A stretch of DNA of 64,000 nt from Candidatus Levyibacteriota bacterium (GTDB lineage Bacteria > Patescibacteriota > Microgenomatia > Levybacterales > UBA12049): assembly GCA_029260905.1 (NCBI GenBank), contig JAJDCH010000010.1, forward strand, positions 13,027-77,026, written 5' to 3'. Each line of letters opens with the position of its first letter. Positions within the stretch are counted from its first letter, which is position 1. The notes under the pieces are model-generated. The model made no database searches. It had not been told where the DNA came from and saw only the letters and a program-made list of their open reading frames with translations. The translations under genes were made by a program, and so were the position numbers. Shown in pieces: positions 37,941-47,201 of the stretch.

Positions 37941-38750
37941 ATGAAAAAAAAAGCTCAGCATGAAAAAAGTAGCAGTCTAAAAACTTTTTTTATATACTTG
38001 TCAGTTGTTTTAACTTTAATTACTGCTTCTTTAATTCTAAAAACTGCATCTTTAATAAAAGAAAGCAAATATAAAGGGGGGCACTTTATTTTATCTATTT
38101 CAGAAAAGGAAAAAGTTATAAAATTTGCTATTTTCAACACAGAGCCAAATGATATATCAATACTAAGAGTGAGTGATAATAAAGTCATAAAAGATGATGT
38201 GTTTGAAAATTTTGGGATATTAGCGGATGGAAATATGGAGATATCCAAAGATCAAGACCCAAATGATATTGGTATCCAGATGCAGGAATTTTTGTTTTAT
38301 AATCATAAAAATTCAAATATAAATCTTTATGATTCTTTAAGATTTTTTCTTCTCTCAAGAACTGTTGCTCAAAAAGACATGGAAAAAGAAGAGATTTCAA
38401 TTAATGATGAGACTCAGGATTTAGATAAAAAAATTTTATCAATAACCTCTGATAAGATCGTATCTAAAGAAAATATTAGTATACAAATTATTAATCAAAC
38501 AGATGTTTCTGGACTCGGGCAAATGCTTGAAAGAGCATTCAAAAATATAGGCGCTAATGTTGTATCAGTCACGTCGTCTAAAAACAGTAATGAAAAATCA
38601 ATTATAGAATATGCTGGTGAAAAAACTTATACCCTTGAAAGGATTGGTAGATTAACAGGTTTACCAATTGAAGAAGTGGAGGATGAAAGGATTGCTGATA
38701 TTACTGTAAAAATAGGAAATGATGCTAAAAAATACGGTATAATTTTTTAG
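37941..38750 (+). CDS. membrane-anchored protein with a LytR C-terminal domain
   Basis: N-terminal TM; 'IQIINQTDVSGLG...G' and 'ADITVKIGND'. Confidence 0.75.
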   Translation: MKKKAQHEKSSSLKTFFIYLSVVLTLITASLILKTASLIKESKYKGGHFILSISEKEKVIKFAIFNTEPNDISILRVSDNKVIKDDVFENFGILADGNMEISKDQDPNDIGIQMQEFLFYNHKNSNINLYDSLRFFLLSRTVAQKDMEKEEISINDETQDLDKKILSITSDKIVSKENISIQIINQTDVSGLGQMLERAFKNIGANVVSVTSSKNSNEKSIIEYAGEKTYTLERIGRLTGLPIEEVEDERIADITVKIGNDAKKYGIIF

Positions 38751-38753
38751 TTA

Positions 38754-39419
38754 TCATTCATCATCGTCGTCCCCATCTTTTTTGAATAAAGATTTTTTAC
38801 TAAGTGATATTTTAGATTTTTCACCAGATATAAATGAAGGCTGGTTTTTGTATTTTTTAGCTCTTTTTGTTTCTCTGATAAAAATAGAAACTTTATTTGA
38901 ATTTACTGTTCTAACATAAGCTTCATATTCGTTTCCGCCATCCATAAATTTTATTACTCTTTGTCCTAGATCATCAGGAAGCATGCCAATATATTGATTG
39001 TCTTGATCAATTGCAAAAATGTGATTTCTTTTTATTGTTAATGTTAGAAATTCTCCAGATCTTAGACTTGATAAGATTTTTTTATCAGCGACGTTTAAAA
39101 GCTCAATCACCTTTGTTTTTCCAGTTTCCTCAATAAATAAGTTGTTAATATTTGTTGTTATTTTTTTGAATTTTCCATCTAAAAGTCTTTTTAGGTTTCG
39201 GATTGCAATTGGATTTTTCATGTCAAGCTCCAATACTTTTTTGTAGATTTTTTCTGCATCTTTTTGGTCACCGTTGCTGAGATATGCGTAGGCGAGACGG
39301 TTGAGGGTGTCAATGTCGTCCAAATCTTCTTCCTGAAGAATCAGCTTATTTATTTCAATTGCTTCAGTCCAGTTTCCGATTAGAGCTTTTTCGATTGCTT
39401 GTGTTTTTAAGGGTACCAT
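38754..39419 (-). CDS. TPR-containing protein
   Basis: TPR helices ('LNRLAYAY', 'YKKVLELD..N.IA') and a conserved-looking 'FIEETGKTK'. Confidence 0.8.
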   Translation of the reverse strand: MVPLKTQAIEKALIGNWTEAIEINKLILQEEDLDDIDTLNRLAYAYLSNGDQKDAEKIYKKVLELDMKNPIAIRNLKRLLDGKFKKITTNINNLFIEETGKTKVIELLNVADKKILSSLRSGEFLTLTIKRNHIFAIDQDNQYIGMLPDDLGQRVIKFMDGGNEYEAYVRTVNSNKVSIFIRETKRAKKYKNQPSFISGEKSKISLSKKSLFKKDGDDDDE

Positions 39420-39492
39420 GCAGTTTTAGTGATGGGAAAAATTCTACAGTTATTTATTGCAAAAGTCAAGGCTTAGAAGGTATAATAGTATT

Positions 39493-40233
39493 ATGAGTGG
39501 ACATTCAAAATGGGCAACCATTAAAAGACAAAAGGGAGCAAATGATGCAAAGAGGGGCAAGATCTTTACCAAAATTTCATACAGTATCACAACAGCTGTT
39601 AGGGAAGGTGGTGGGGTAATTGATCCTGAAAGTAATCCTCGTCTGAGGATGGCGATAGAAGAGGCCAAATCCCAAAATATGCCAAAGGAAAATATTCAAC
39701 GTGCAATAGCTCGTGCAGCGGGCAGGGATGGGGGAGAGATGTCTGAAGCGGTTTATGAGGGGTTTGGGCCAGGAGGCTTTAGTGTTATTGTCGAGGCACT
39801 AACTGACAATATTCAGCGAACTGTATCTGAGGTTAAAAATATTTTTAGTAAAAATGGGGGATCGCTAGGGAGTCAGGGAAGTGTTTTGTATCAATTTTCA
39901 AAAAAGGGAGAAATAGTGATTGATAAAAATGGCAAAAGCTTGGACGAGCTTTTTTTGATTGCTGCAGAGAGCGGTGCGGATGATATTGAAGATGATGAAT
40001 CTAATGCAATTATTTATACTTTACCTGATCAGGTTGGGAAGGTTCGGATGAAATTAGCTGATGAGGGAATTGGCGTAAAGTCAGCAGAGTTGAGTTTCAC
40101 GCCAACCGTTTTAACAGAAATAACAGATAAAAATCAGGCAAAAAAAGCAATGGATTTCGTTGAGAAGCTTGAGGGGCTTTCTGATGTTCAAAAAGTTTAT
40201 GTAAATTTTGATATAGCTGATGATTTGGTTTAG
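39493..40233 (+). CDS. yebC: YebC/PmpR family protein
   Basis: 'MSGHSKWATIKRQKG', 'YEGFGPGG', 'TDNIQRT'. Confidence 0.96.
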   Translation: MSGHSKWATIKRQKGANDAKRGKIFTKISYSITTAVREGGGVIDPESNPRLRMAIEEAKSQNMPKENIQRAIARAAGRDGGEMSEAVYEGFGPGGFSVIVEALTDNIQRTVSEVKNIFSKNGGSLGSQGSVLYQFSKKGEIVIDKNGKSLDELFLIAAESGADDIEDDESNAIIYTLPDQVGKVRMKLADEGIGVKSAELSFTPTVLTEITDKNQAKKAMDFVEKLEGLSDVQKVYVNFDIADDLV

Positions 40234-40235
40234 GT

Positions 40236-41114
40236 ATGGATGAAATAAGAAAAAATCTTTTAATGGATCAGGCGGTTGATACTTCACATAAGGTAACGAT
40301 AGATGCCAAAACCTGGAGACGTCCTAGGAAAAAGGGGAAATTTTTTTCAATTGATAAGAGGCAAAAATTTGTAATATCTACTTTAGTATTGTCACTTGGT
40401 TTATTTTTTACAGAGTTTCAGTTGAGTCAGTCGGGGATAGTGATTCCACTTATTTTGGCTATTCTTACCGTGGTATTTCTTTTTTGGGCAATTAGGCTTG
40501 ATGTAAAGGAGAATAGATCTTTTGAAGTTTTTTTACTTCCGTTTTTTTATAGTCTTTCGTTTGGCCTTTTTTACTTTCTGACACCTACTTCCTTTCTGAT
40601 TCATCTTCTTCTTGTTGCTGTCTACGCCTTTGGGATGTATTCAGTTTTTCTAAGTTCCAATATTTTGGTTGTTTCATCAATAAGGACAATCACGCTTTTG
40701 TCGGGCGCAAGGATAGTTTCCTTTGTTGCAGGACTTATTTCATATTTCTTTTTAACCAATGCGCTTTTTGCTCTTCATATAAATGTTTTTTTCGTGGCGC
40801 TTATTATTTTCTTTTATAGCTTTCCACTTGTCCTTCACTCCTTGTGGACATATGATCTAGCCAAGAATCAGAAGATCAATGTTTGGTCTTTGGCACTTTC
40901 GGTTTGTCTTGTTGAGGGCGCATCTGCCTTGTGGTTTTTCCCATCTAGTCCTACTGTGATAGCTCTTTTCATGTCAGGGTTTTTCTATACGATTGTTGGT
41001 CTTTCACACATCTGGTTTGAAAGGCGTCTTTTTAAAGGAGTAATGTGGGAGTATGTGTGGGTTGGTTGTATTGTGTTTTTTGTCCTAATATTATTTACCC
41101 CATGGGGAAAGTAG
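40236..41114 (+). CDS. multi-pass membrane protein (DUF5656-like)
   Basis: About 9 TM helices; 'NILVVSSIRTITL'. Confidence 0.65.
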   Translation: MDEIRKNLLMDQAVDTSHKVTIDAKTWRRPRKKGKFFSIDKRQKFVISTLVLSLGLFFTEFQLSQSGIVIPLILAILTVVFLFWAIRLDVKENRSFEVFLLPFFYSLSFGLFYFLTPTSFLIHLLLVAVYAFGMYSVFLSSNILVVSSIRTITLLSGARIVSFVAGLISYFFLTNALFALHINVFFVALIIFFYSFPLVLHSLWTYDLAKNQKINVWSLALSVCLVEGASALWFFPSSPTVIALFMSGFFYTIVGLSHIWFERRLFKGVMWEYVWVGCIVFFVLILFTPWGK

Positions 41115-41192
41115 GTAGGTCTTGAAAGTCGGGAACAGGGGAGTAAGGGGAATTTAAGTCCTATAATTATGTGATATAATTTGATATAGTAA

Positions 41193-41226
41193 TGTGGATA
41201 ACTTTTCACAGAACTGACTTTTCACA
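41193..41226. promoter_or_regulatory. DnaA-box cluster
   Basis: Perfect TGTGGATAA (41193-41201), then CTTTTCACA at 41202-41210 and 41218-41226 (one mismatch to TTWTNCACA each). Confidence 0.55.
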
Positions 41227-41485
41227 GTCAATAATTATATATGACTATCACTCATAATCAAGGCTAAATGATATAGTTTGATACTACTTATTTCTTTATA
41301 GAAGTAGGATGATTGGTTACCTTGACTTTTTTCTAGCTCTTTCTTGCAAATAACGCCTAAAAGATTATTATTTAGTTAGTAAAATTTTTATATTTACTCT
41401 CCTTATTATTTTATTGAGCCTAATACTCTTTATGGGGAAGAAGGCTAATCAAAAAAAATACGAAAACGTTTTCGGGATAATTTTG

Positions 41486-41587
41486 AGGCTAAAAATTTAT
41501 GTTTAGACTGTTAATTCAATCTAAAATGAATAAAATTGCATAGTGCTTCTGAATGATATTTAAGGCTAAAAATTGCTGTTTAGATTG
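41486..41587. repeat. two 25-bp direct repeats, 77 bp apart
   Basis: aggctaaaaatttatgtttagactg and aggctaaaaattgctgtttagattg (22/25 identical). Confidence 0.75.
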
Positions 41588-41830
41588 ATTTTGCAGGCTA
41601 AATTCACATTCTTACAACATCAATCATCAGGGACCAACTAGTGCTAGAGTCCATCTGATCAGTTTTGTCAAAGTGTTATAGAAACTGATTAAGTAATTTA
41701 AATTGTTTTACTCTAATGAAAGAAGCAAGAAGTGATAACCCCTACGCCACTCTATTTGCGTTGTTTGCTATAAGGAATGTCTTGTTTGGTAAAAAAAGGC
41801 CATTATAGTCGCGGAGAAGGAAATACTCTT

Positions 41831-41858
41831 ATGTCGCACAATAATACTTTTACGACAT
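41831..41858. other. dif-like tyrosine-recombinase site (11-6-11)
   Basis: atgtcgcacaa-taatac-ttttacgacat; arms match as inverted repeats at 9/11; Xer gene 2.3 kb away. Confidence 0.6.
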
Positions 41859-42173
41859 GAACCAGGCTCAAAGCCAGGGGGGAGGAGTCTCTGGGTTTTG
41901 TTAAATTCAAGTAAAATAAATCTATTTAATTATTTTTTTGTTTTTAACTCTGAGTAATTACCCTCTTAAATCTTCTTTGGTTCCCGAGTCAACTTTATGA
42001 GTCTCCCCTATTTACTATGGGTTATAAATTTGAAGCTAAAACACTAATATTTGTGCCTAAAAACACAAAATCACTCCCCCCTTTATAAAACTTTGGCTGG
42101 AGAAGTGTATTTTCATACGCGTTTCTTTCTTAAAAAGCTTGAATAAGATCATTTCTAATGGTAAGATTGACTT

Positions 42174-44105
42174 ATGGGCCAAAGCATCTTAGCTCTCAAA
42201 AAGATTCAAAAACAGCCCAAGGTTTCTGTTGGAACACAAGTAGCAGATCTTCACATACAGGGAGCACTATACGCAGCTATCAAATCACATAAGGATGAAT
42301 TTGATCTTGCTGAAATAAATCGTGAAAACAGACTTGAATATAGCAATGAAGTGCATATAAGAAATTTTCATGAAGGGATTCATACAGCATTGAATGAATC
42401 AGGACAACGTAGAAATGTTAAATATATAGCTGTTGGGCTTCATGGGAAAAATGATTTTAAAACAAGTATTTCAGAGCTTTGGCTGAAAGAAGATATTGTT
42501 CCATTTGTTTTTGGAAAGACACGGGAGAATAGAAGTATCACAGAGGTCGCACGTGAGGTCTCATCGCATTTTAATGATGAGAACCTGGTCTATGTGCAAA
42601 TGAATACTACAAATGAGGTAAAGGTTTCTGAGCTTGTTTCGCTTGAAGACTACAGAAAGACAGTACCAGACGAGGATTTTGGTAATCTTAAATTTTTGGT
42701 TAAGAAATTTAAAGGTAAGAAGCTTACTTTTTTGGGAGCAACACCTCAGGGTGGAGGCGTTGCCTTGATGAGACATGCATTAATCAGGTTATATAAATTG
42801 CTTGGGGTTGATGCTCATTGGTATGTTTTGATTCCCAAGAAAGAAGCATTTGCAATTACAAAATCAAAATTTCACAATGTTCTTCAGGCTGTTTCTCCTG
42901 TGGGAATCGAGCTGACAGATGAAGATAAGGATATCTATAATTCGTGGACTGATGAGAATGCTAAGAAGTTTGCAAGTGTATTTAAGAATTCAGATGTTAT
43001 CGTGGTTGATGATCCTCAGCCTGCTGGGTTGATACCGTATATAAAAAAGATAAACCCAAGGGTCAAAATAATATATAGATCGCATATTCAGATTGTTGGT
43101 GAGCTGGCAAGCACAAATAATACAGTTCAGCGTAAAACTTGGGAATTTCTTTGGAAAAGCATCCAGCTTTCAGACTTGTTTATAAGCCATCCGATTAAAG
43201 AATTTATTCCATCAGATGTGCCAATGGAAAAGATTTTATATATGCCTGCAACAACTGATCCCTTAGATGGGCTTAATAAGCCTTTGAGTGAGGCGCAGAT
43301 GAATTATTATATGAGGATTTTCAATAAACTTCTTCTTATTCAAGAGGGGCAAGCGCCACTAGATATGAATCGGCCATATATTGTGCAGATAGCCAGATTT
43401 GATCCTGCAAAGGGAATTCCAGATGTGATCGAGTCATATAGAATTCTTAGGGAGAGGCTGGTTAAAGAAGGAAAAGTTATACCAAGTCTTGTGATTGGCG
43501 GAAACGCATCAGTAGATGATCCGGATGGTGTGCCGGTTCATAATGCGACCCTAGAGCTTCTCAAGACTGATAAATACAGTTATTTGTCAGATGATGTTAA
43601 GGTAGTCAGGCTTCCGCACCTAGACCAGCTCTTAAATGTATTACTTCGCAAAAGCCATATAGTTCTTCAGCTTTCAACTAAAGAAGGCTTTGAGGTAAAA
43701 GTAACAGAAGGGTTAATGAAAGGAAAACCAGTTGTTGCATATAAGACTGGTGGGATTCCGCTTCAGATCGAGGATGGTGTAAATGGGTTTTTGATAGAGC
43801 CAGGAAATACACAAGAGGTTGCTGACAAGATGTATGAGTTGTTTGTAGATAAAGGGCAGTACAAGAAGATGAGTGCAGCTGCAGTTCAATATGCCAATAA
43901 AGATTATCTGACTGTTGCAAATGCGATTTCATGGCTTTTTATGGCTGTGTATCTTCAAGCAGGACATAAAGTGAGTGGTAATTATCAATGGGTGAAGGAT
44001 CTATCTCAGGCATATTATTATAATTCTCAAAACTCAAGTGATAAAATCCTCTCCCGACTCATGCCACTTGGAAAAAAGATTGGAGAAAGACTGAAGAAGA
44101 AATAA
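42174..44105 (+). CDS. GT4 trehalose phosphorylase/synthase resembling the fungal type
   Basis: 'ATPQGGGVALMRHAL', 'DDPQ', 'YRSHIQI', 'QIARFDPAKG', 'DDPDG', 'EGFEVKVTE'. Confidence 0.85.
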   Translation: MGQSILALKKIQKQPKVSVGTQVADLHIQGALYAAIKSHKDEFDLAEINRENRLEYSNEVHIRNFHEGIHTALNESGQRRNVKYIAVGLHGKNDFKTSISELWLKEDIVPFVFGKTRENRSITEVAREVSSHFNDENLVYVQMNTTNEVKVSELVSLEDYRKTVPDEDFGNLKFLVKKFKGKKLTFLGATPQGGGVALMRHALIRLYKLLGVDAHWYVLIPKKEAFAITKSKFHNVLQAVSPVGIELTDEDKDIYNSWTDENAKKFASVFKNSDVIVVDDPQPAGLIPYIKKINPRVKIIYRSHIQIVGELASTNNTVQRKTWEFLWKSIQLSDLFISHPIKEFIPSDVPMEKILYMPATTDPLDGLNKPLSEAQMNYYMRIFNKLLLIQEGQAPLDMNRPYIVQIARFDPAKGIPDVIESYRILRERLVKEGKVIPSLVIGGNASVDDPDGVPVHNATLELLKTDKYSYLSDDVKVVRLPHLDQLLNVLLRKSHIVLQLSTKEGFEVKVTEGLMKGKPVVAYKTGGIPLQIEDGVNGFLIEPGNTQEVADKMYELFVDKGQYKKMSAAAVQYANKDYLTVANAISWLFMAVYLQAGHKVSGNYQWVKDLSQAYYYNSQNSSDKILSRLMPLGKKIGERLKKK

Positions 44106-44134
44106 TTCATGCAATTGTATCTTTCTGTTTGCAT

Positions 44135-44163
44135 TTGACTTCCATCATGTCGTAGAATATATT
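44135..44163 (+). promoter_or_regulatory. xer promoter containing a dif-like half-site
   Basis: TTGACT-17 nt-TATATT; the spacer contains atgtcgtagaa (44147-44157). Confidence 0.5.
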
Positions 44164-44171
44164 TACTGCCC

Positions 44172-45107
44172 ATGAAAAACCTAAATCTTACTGAGCAAAT
44201 CCAGCAATTTCTTGAATATCTGGAGATTGAAAAAAACTGCAGCAAGCTTACTATTCGTGATTACAAACATTATCTGGAGGTGTTCAATGATTGGTTTGCT
44301 ACTTCCCTTCCAGGAAAAACTGTAAAAGATTTGGATTTATCACTTATACGAAAATACAGAGTTTTTCTAGCTAACTATCAGGACGCGAAAGGACGAAGTA
44401 GAAAAAGGGTTACGCAAAATTATTATGTTATTGCCCTACGATCATTCTTGAGATTTTTGATCAAAAATGATGTTCAAACTCTAGAACCTAGCAAGATAGA
44501 TCTGCCTAAAACAGAAAGCAGAAGTTTGAAATTTTTAGAGAGAGACCAGGTTGAAAGACTTGTCACAACACCAGATACCAGCAAGGAAGATGGTGTACGA
44601 GATAGAGCTGTTTTGGAGTTGCTTTTTTCAACAGGTCTTCGTGTATCAGAACTGGTATCACTTAATCAAGAAAAGATAAATCTTGATAGACGGGAATTTG
44701 GAGTAATTGGAAAAGGGCAAAAAGCAAGAATTGTTTTTATATCTGATAGGGCTGCTGATTGGATTGGTAAATATCAACAAATAAGAAAGGATAGTTTTAA
44801 GCCGCTTTTTATCAGATATTCTGGAAAAGTGATTGATGAAAATGGTGGTGAGAAAATGAGGCTTACTGTAAGATCGGTTGAACGAATTGTCAAAAAATAT
44901 ACTCGTCTGGCAAGACTTCCAGTTGATGCGACAGTTCATACGCTCAGGCATTCATTTGCAACGGATTTACTTATGAATGGAGCAGACCTCAGATCTGTTC
45001 AGGAGATGTTGGGACACAAGAATATCGCAACTACACAAATCTATACCCATATTACAAATAAACAATTAAGAGATGTTCATAAAGCCTTTCATTCTGGGAA
45101 TAAATAA
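44172..45107 (+). CDS. xerC: Xer-type tyrosine recombinase (XerC vs XerD not resolvable by eye)
   Basis: 'RDRAVLELLFSTGLRVSEL', 'GKGQKAR', 'HTLRHSFAT', 'LGHKNIATTQIYT'. Confidence 0.9.
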   Translation: MKNLNLTEQIQQFLEYLEIEKNCSKLTIRDYKHYLEVFNDWFATSLPGKTVKDLDLSLIRKYRVFLANYQDAKGRSRKRVTQNYYVIALRSFLRFLIKNDVQTLEPSKIDLPKTESRSLKFLERDQVERLVTTPDTSKEDGVRDRAVLELLFSTGLRVSELVSLNQEKINLDRREFGVIGKGQKARIVFISDRAADWIGKYQQIRKDSFKPLFIRYSGKVIDENGGEKMRLTVRSVERIVKKYTRLARLPVDATVHTLRHSFATDLLMNGADLRSVQEMLGHKNIATTQIYTHITNKQLRDVHKAFHSGNK

Positions 45108-45125
45108 AGTGCTATACTTTTATTG

Positions 45126-46298
45126 ATGAGATTTTTTGTTTGGGCTTTTTTTTTGTTTATATTTTTTCATCTTTTAATTCTTTTTAATTTACCTGATTTT
45201 ATTATTTCAGGTCATGCTCCATACAGTAGCATACTTTATAAATATTTTTCATTTGGACCATTTACCCCTCTTGCCAATTTTGACGGAATTCAATATCTTG
45301 ATATCGCAAAGGATGGTTATAAGCAGTTTCAGCAAGGTTACTTTCCTTTATTCCCGCTTTTTATATCTATATTAACTCACAGTATCTTGCCAAACAAATA
45401 TCTTTTATCTGGTCTGATTATAAACTTTTTAACTTTTTTTGCAGGTATTATTTATTTTTATAAATTTGTGAATCTACTTTTGAAAGATAGGAAAAAAGCT
45501 AAGTGGTCGATCGTTTTTCTTTTATTTTTTCCAACAGCATTTTTTTACCAAGCGATTTATCCTGAAAGTCTTTTTTTGTTTACTTCATCAGCTGGACTTT
45601 TCTATCTAATGAAAAAAAAATATTTTCTTGCAGCTATTTTTGCAACTTTTGCATCGCTTACAAAGATTCAGGGAATTTTTCTTATTATTCCTTTTGTATT
45701 TTCAATTTATGAAATTAATTTTGGTAAAAATATCTTTTTTGATTTTTTCAAAAAACTTATGAATATGCCGAAATTGATTTTTGCTGCCCTCTCCCCTATT
45801 TATGGATTAATTATTTATTCTACTTATCTTTTTATTAATTATGGAGATCCTTTTTATTTTTATCATGCCCAAAGCGCATTTGGCGCTAATAGATCAACTG
45901 ATGCAATTATTTTTTTACCACAAGTTATTTTTAGATATATAAAAATTTTCCTTACTGCAGATTTTAGTTTTCAATACACAATTGCTCTCTTGGAATTTAT
46001 TATTTTTATATTTGTTTTTGGTGTTTTGGCGTTTGAGATTTTTAGGATTTTAAAAAATAAAAAAAAGCAAAGCCTTATTTTATTCTCAATCCATCTTTAT
46101 TCAATCGCAGTTATGATTTTGCCGACTCTAACTGGAACATTTACATCTATTCCTAGATATTCTCTTTTGGCATTAGGATTTTTTATTGCCCTCTCAGGCA
46201 TACAAAATAAGTATTTTAAAATATTTCTTGTTTCCTTATTTGGATATATACACATTTTGCTTTTTGTTTTATTCCTGAGAGAATATTTTATTGGTTAG
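45126..46298 (+). CDS. PIG-V/mannosyltransferase-like GT-C membrane protein
   Basis: 'ANFDGIQYLDIAKDGY', 'FPLFP', 'YPESLF', 'SIPRY'. Confidence 0.85.
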   Translation: MRFFVWAFFLFIFFHLLILFNLPDFIISGHAPYSSILYKYFSFGPFTPLANFDGIQYLDIAKDGYKQFQQGYFPLFPLFISILTHSILPNKYLLSGLIINFLTFFAGIIYFYKFVNLLLKDRKKAKWSIVFLLFFPTAFFYQAIYPESLFLFTSSAGLFYLMKKKYFLAAIFATFASLTKIQGIFLIIPFVFSIYEINFGKNIFFDFFKKLMNMPKLIFAALSPIYGLIIYSTYLFINYGDPFYFYHAQSAFGANRSTDAIIFLPQVIFRYIKIFLTADFSFQYTIALLEFIIFIFVFGVLAFEIFRILKNKKKQSLILFSIHLYSIAVMILPTLTGTFTSIPRYSLLALGFFIALSGIQNKYFKIFLVSLFGYIHILLFVLFLREYFIG

Positions 46299-46315
46299 TT
46301 AAGTAATTGTTCTCG

Positions 46316-46350
46316 ACAACCTTACATGCTTGAGAATGTAAGGACGTTGT
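46316..46350. terminator. hairpin between convergent genes
   Basis: ccttacat-8 nt-atgtaagg with an acaa/ttgt extension. Confidence 0.55.
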
Positions 46351-46412
46351 TTAAAAATGATTTTACATTAGATGTTTTAAATTTAAGAAAGCAAAACAAG
46401 TGTTTGGAGTTT

Positions 46413-47162
46413 TTAGTAAGTCTCGTAGGAAAGGGTGATTGTTACTGAGATTTTATTTTCCCCAGGACTTAGCTCGGTTGGTGCTTTTTCTGCTGCATCA
46501 AGAGCAACTGCTGTTCTCTCAAAGGGAATTGGGCCTCCATTGCTTCCTGACTCTTGGACGTCAACTAATTTTCCTAGTTTTATTCCTGTATCCTTAGCAA
46601 GATTTTCAGCTTTTGTTTTTGCATTGGCGATTGCTTCCTTTCTTGCATTACTTTCTGCTTTTTCTCTATCCTCCTCACTGAGAATAAATTGTATGCTACC
46701 AACTTGTGTCGCACCATCTTTTGTTGCGATGTCAATTGCTTGATTTGCCATTTCTATAGAATCCAAATTTACACTTAGGGTTGCGTTAACTTGATATCCA
46801 TTTGGGCTTTGCCTTCCATTTGAAAAATCGTACTGTGGGCTAACCGAATAATTGCTGGTTTTAATATCCTTCTCTCCTATACCTAGTGATTTGAGATCTT
46901 TTGTAATTAAATTGATAATTGTATTTACTTCATTTTGCGTTGCTTCAACTGTAGCGCCTTCTTTATTTACGCCAAGTGAAATCATAGCAGTATTAGGAAC
47001 AGCAGTTGCTTCTCCTGTGCCAGAGGCAGAAAAGAAGCTTGATTTATTGGTGGTAATACTGGTTACAGAAAAAGGAATAGGACCAAAGATTTTGGTAAAT
47101 ATAAAAAGAGATAAAAGAGCAAAAGCAATTGTCAGAAAAGGAACTTTAAGATCTCTTAGCAT
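46413..47162 (-). CDS. SIMPL (DUF541) domain protein
   Basis: 'SGTGEATAVPN', 'IKTSNYSVSPQYD', 'AIANAKTKAENLA...G..LG'. Confidence 0.9.
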   Translation of the reverse strand: MLRDLKVPFLTIAFALLSLFIFTKIFGPIPFSVTSITTNKSSFFSASGTGEATAVPNTAMISLGVNKEGATVEATQNEVNTIINLITKDLKSLGIGEKDIKTSNYSVSPQYDFSNGRQSPNGYQVNATLSVNLDSIEMANQAIDIATKDGATQVGSIQFILSEEDREKAESNARKEAIANAKTKAENLAKDTGIKLGKLVDVQESGSNGGPIPFERTAVALDAAEKAPTELSPGENKISVTITLSYETY

Positions 47163-47201
47163 ATATCTATATTAGAGGTTTTTTTGTTAATTTGTCAAAT
47201 G

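Noticed and set aside
41486-41587. 25-bp repeats as a mini CRISPR array
   Set aside because: Only two imperfect copies with a 52-nt gap that itself contains the motif; no cas genes in the window.
44172-45107. Tyrosine recombinase as a prophage or ICE integrase
   Set aside because: Size and motifs fit a housekeeping Xer; no arm-binding domain and no phage or conjugation genes nearby.
41115-46413. Replication terminus inferred from the switch from mostly plus to mostly minus genes
   Set aside because: Spot checks suggest the plus strand stays about equally or more G-rich on both sides; a computed skew is needed.
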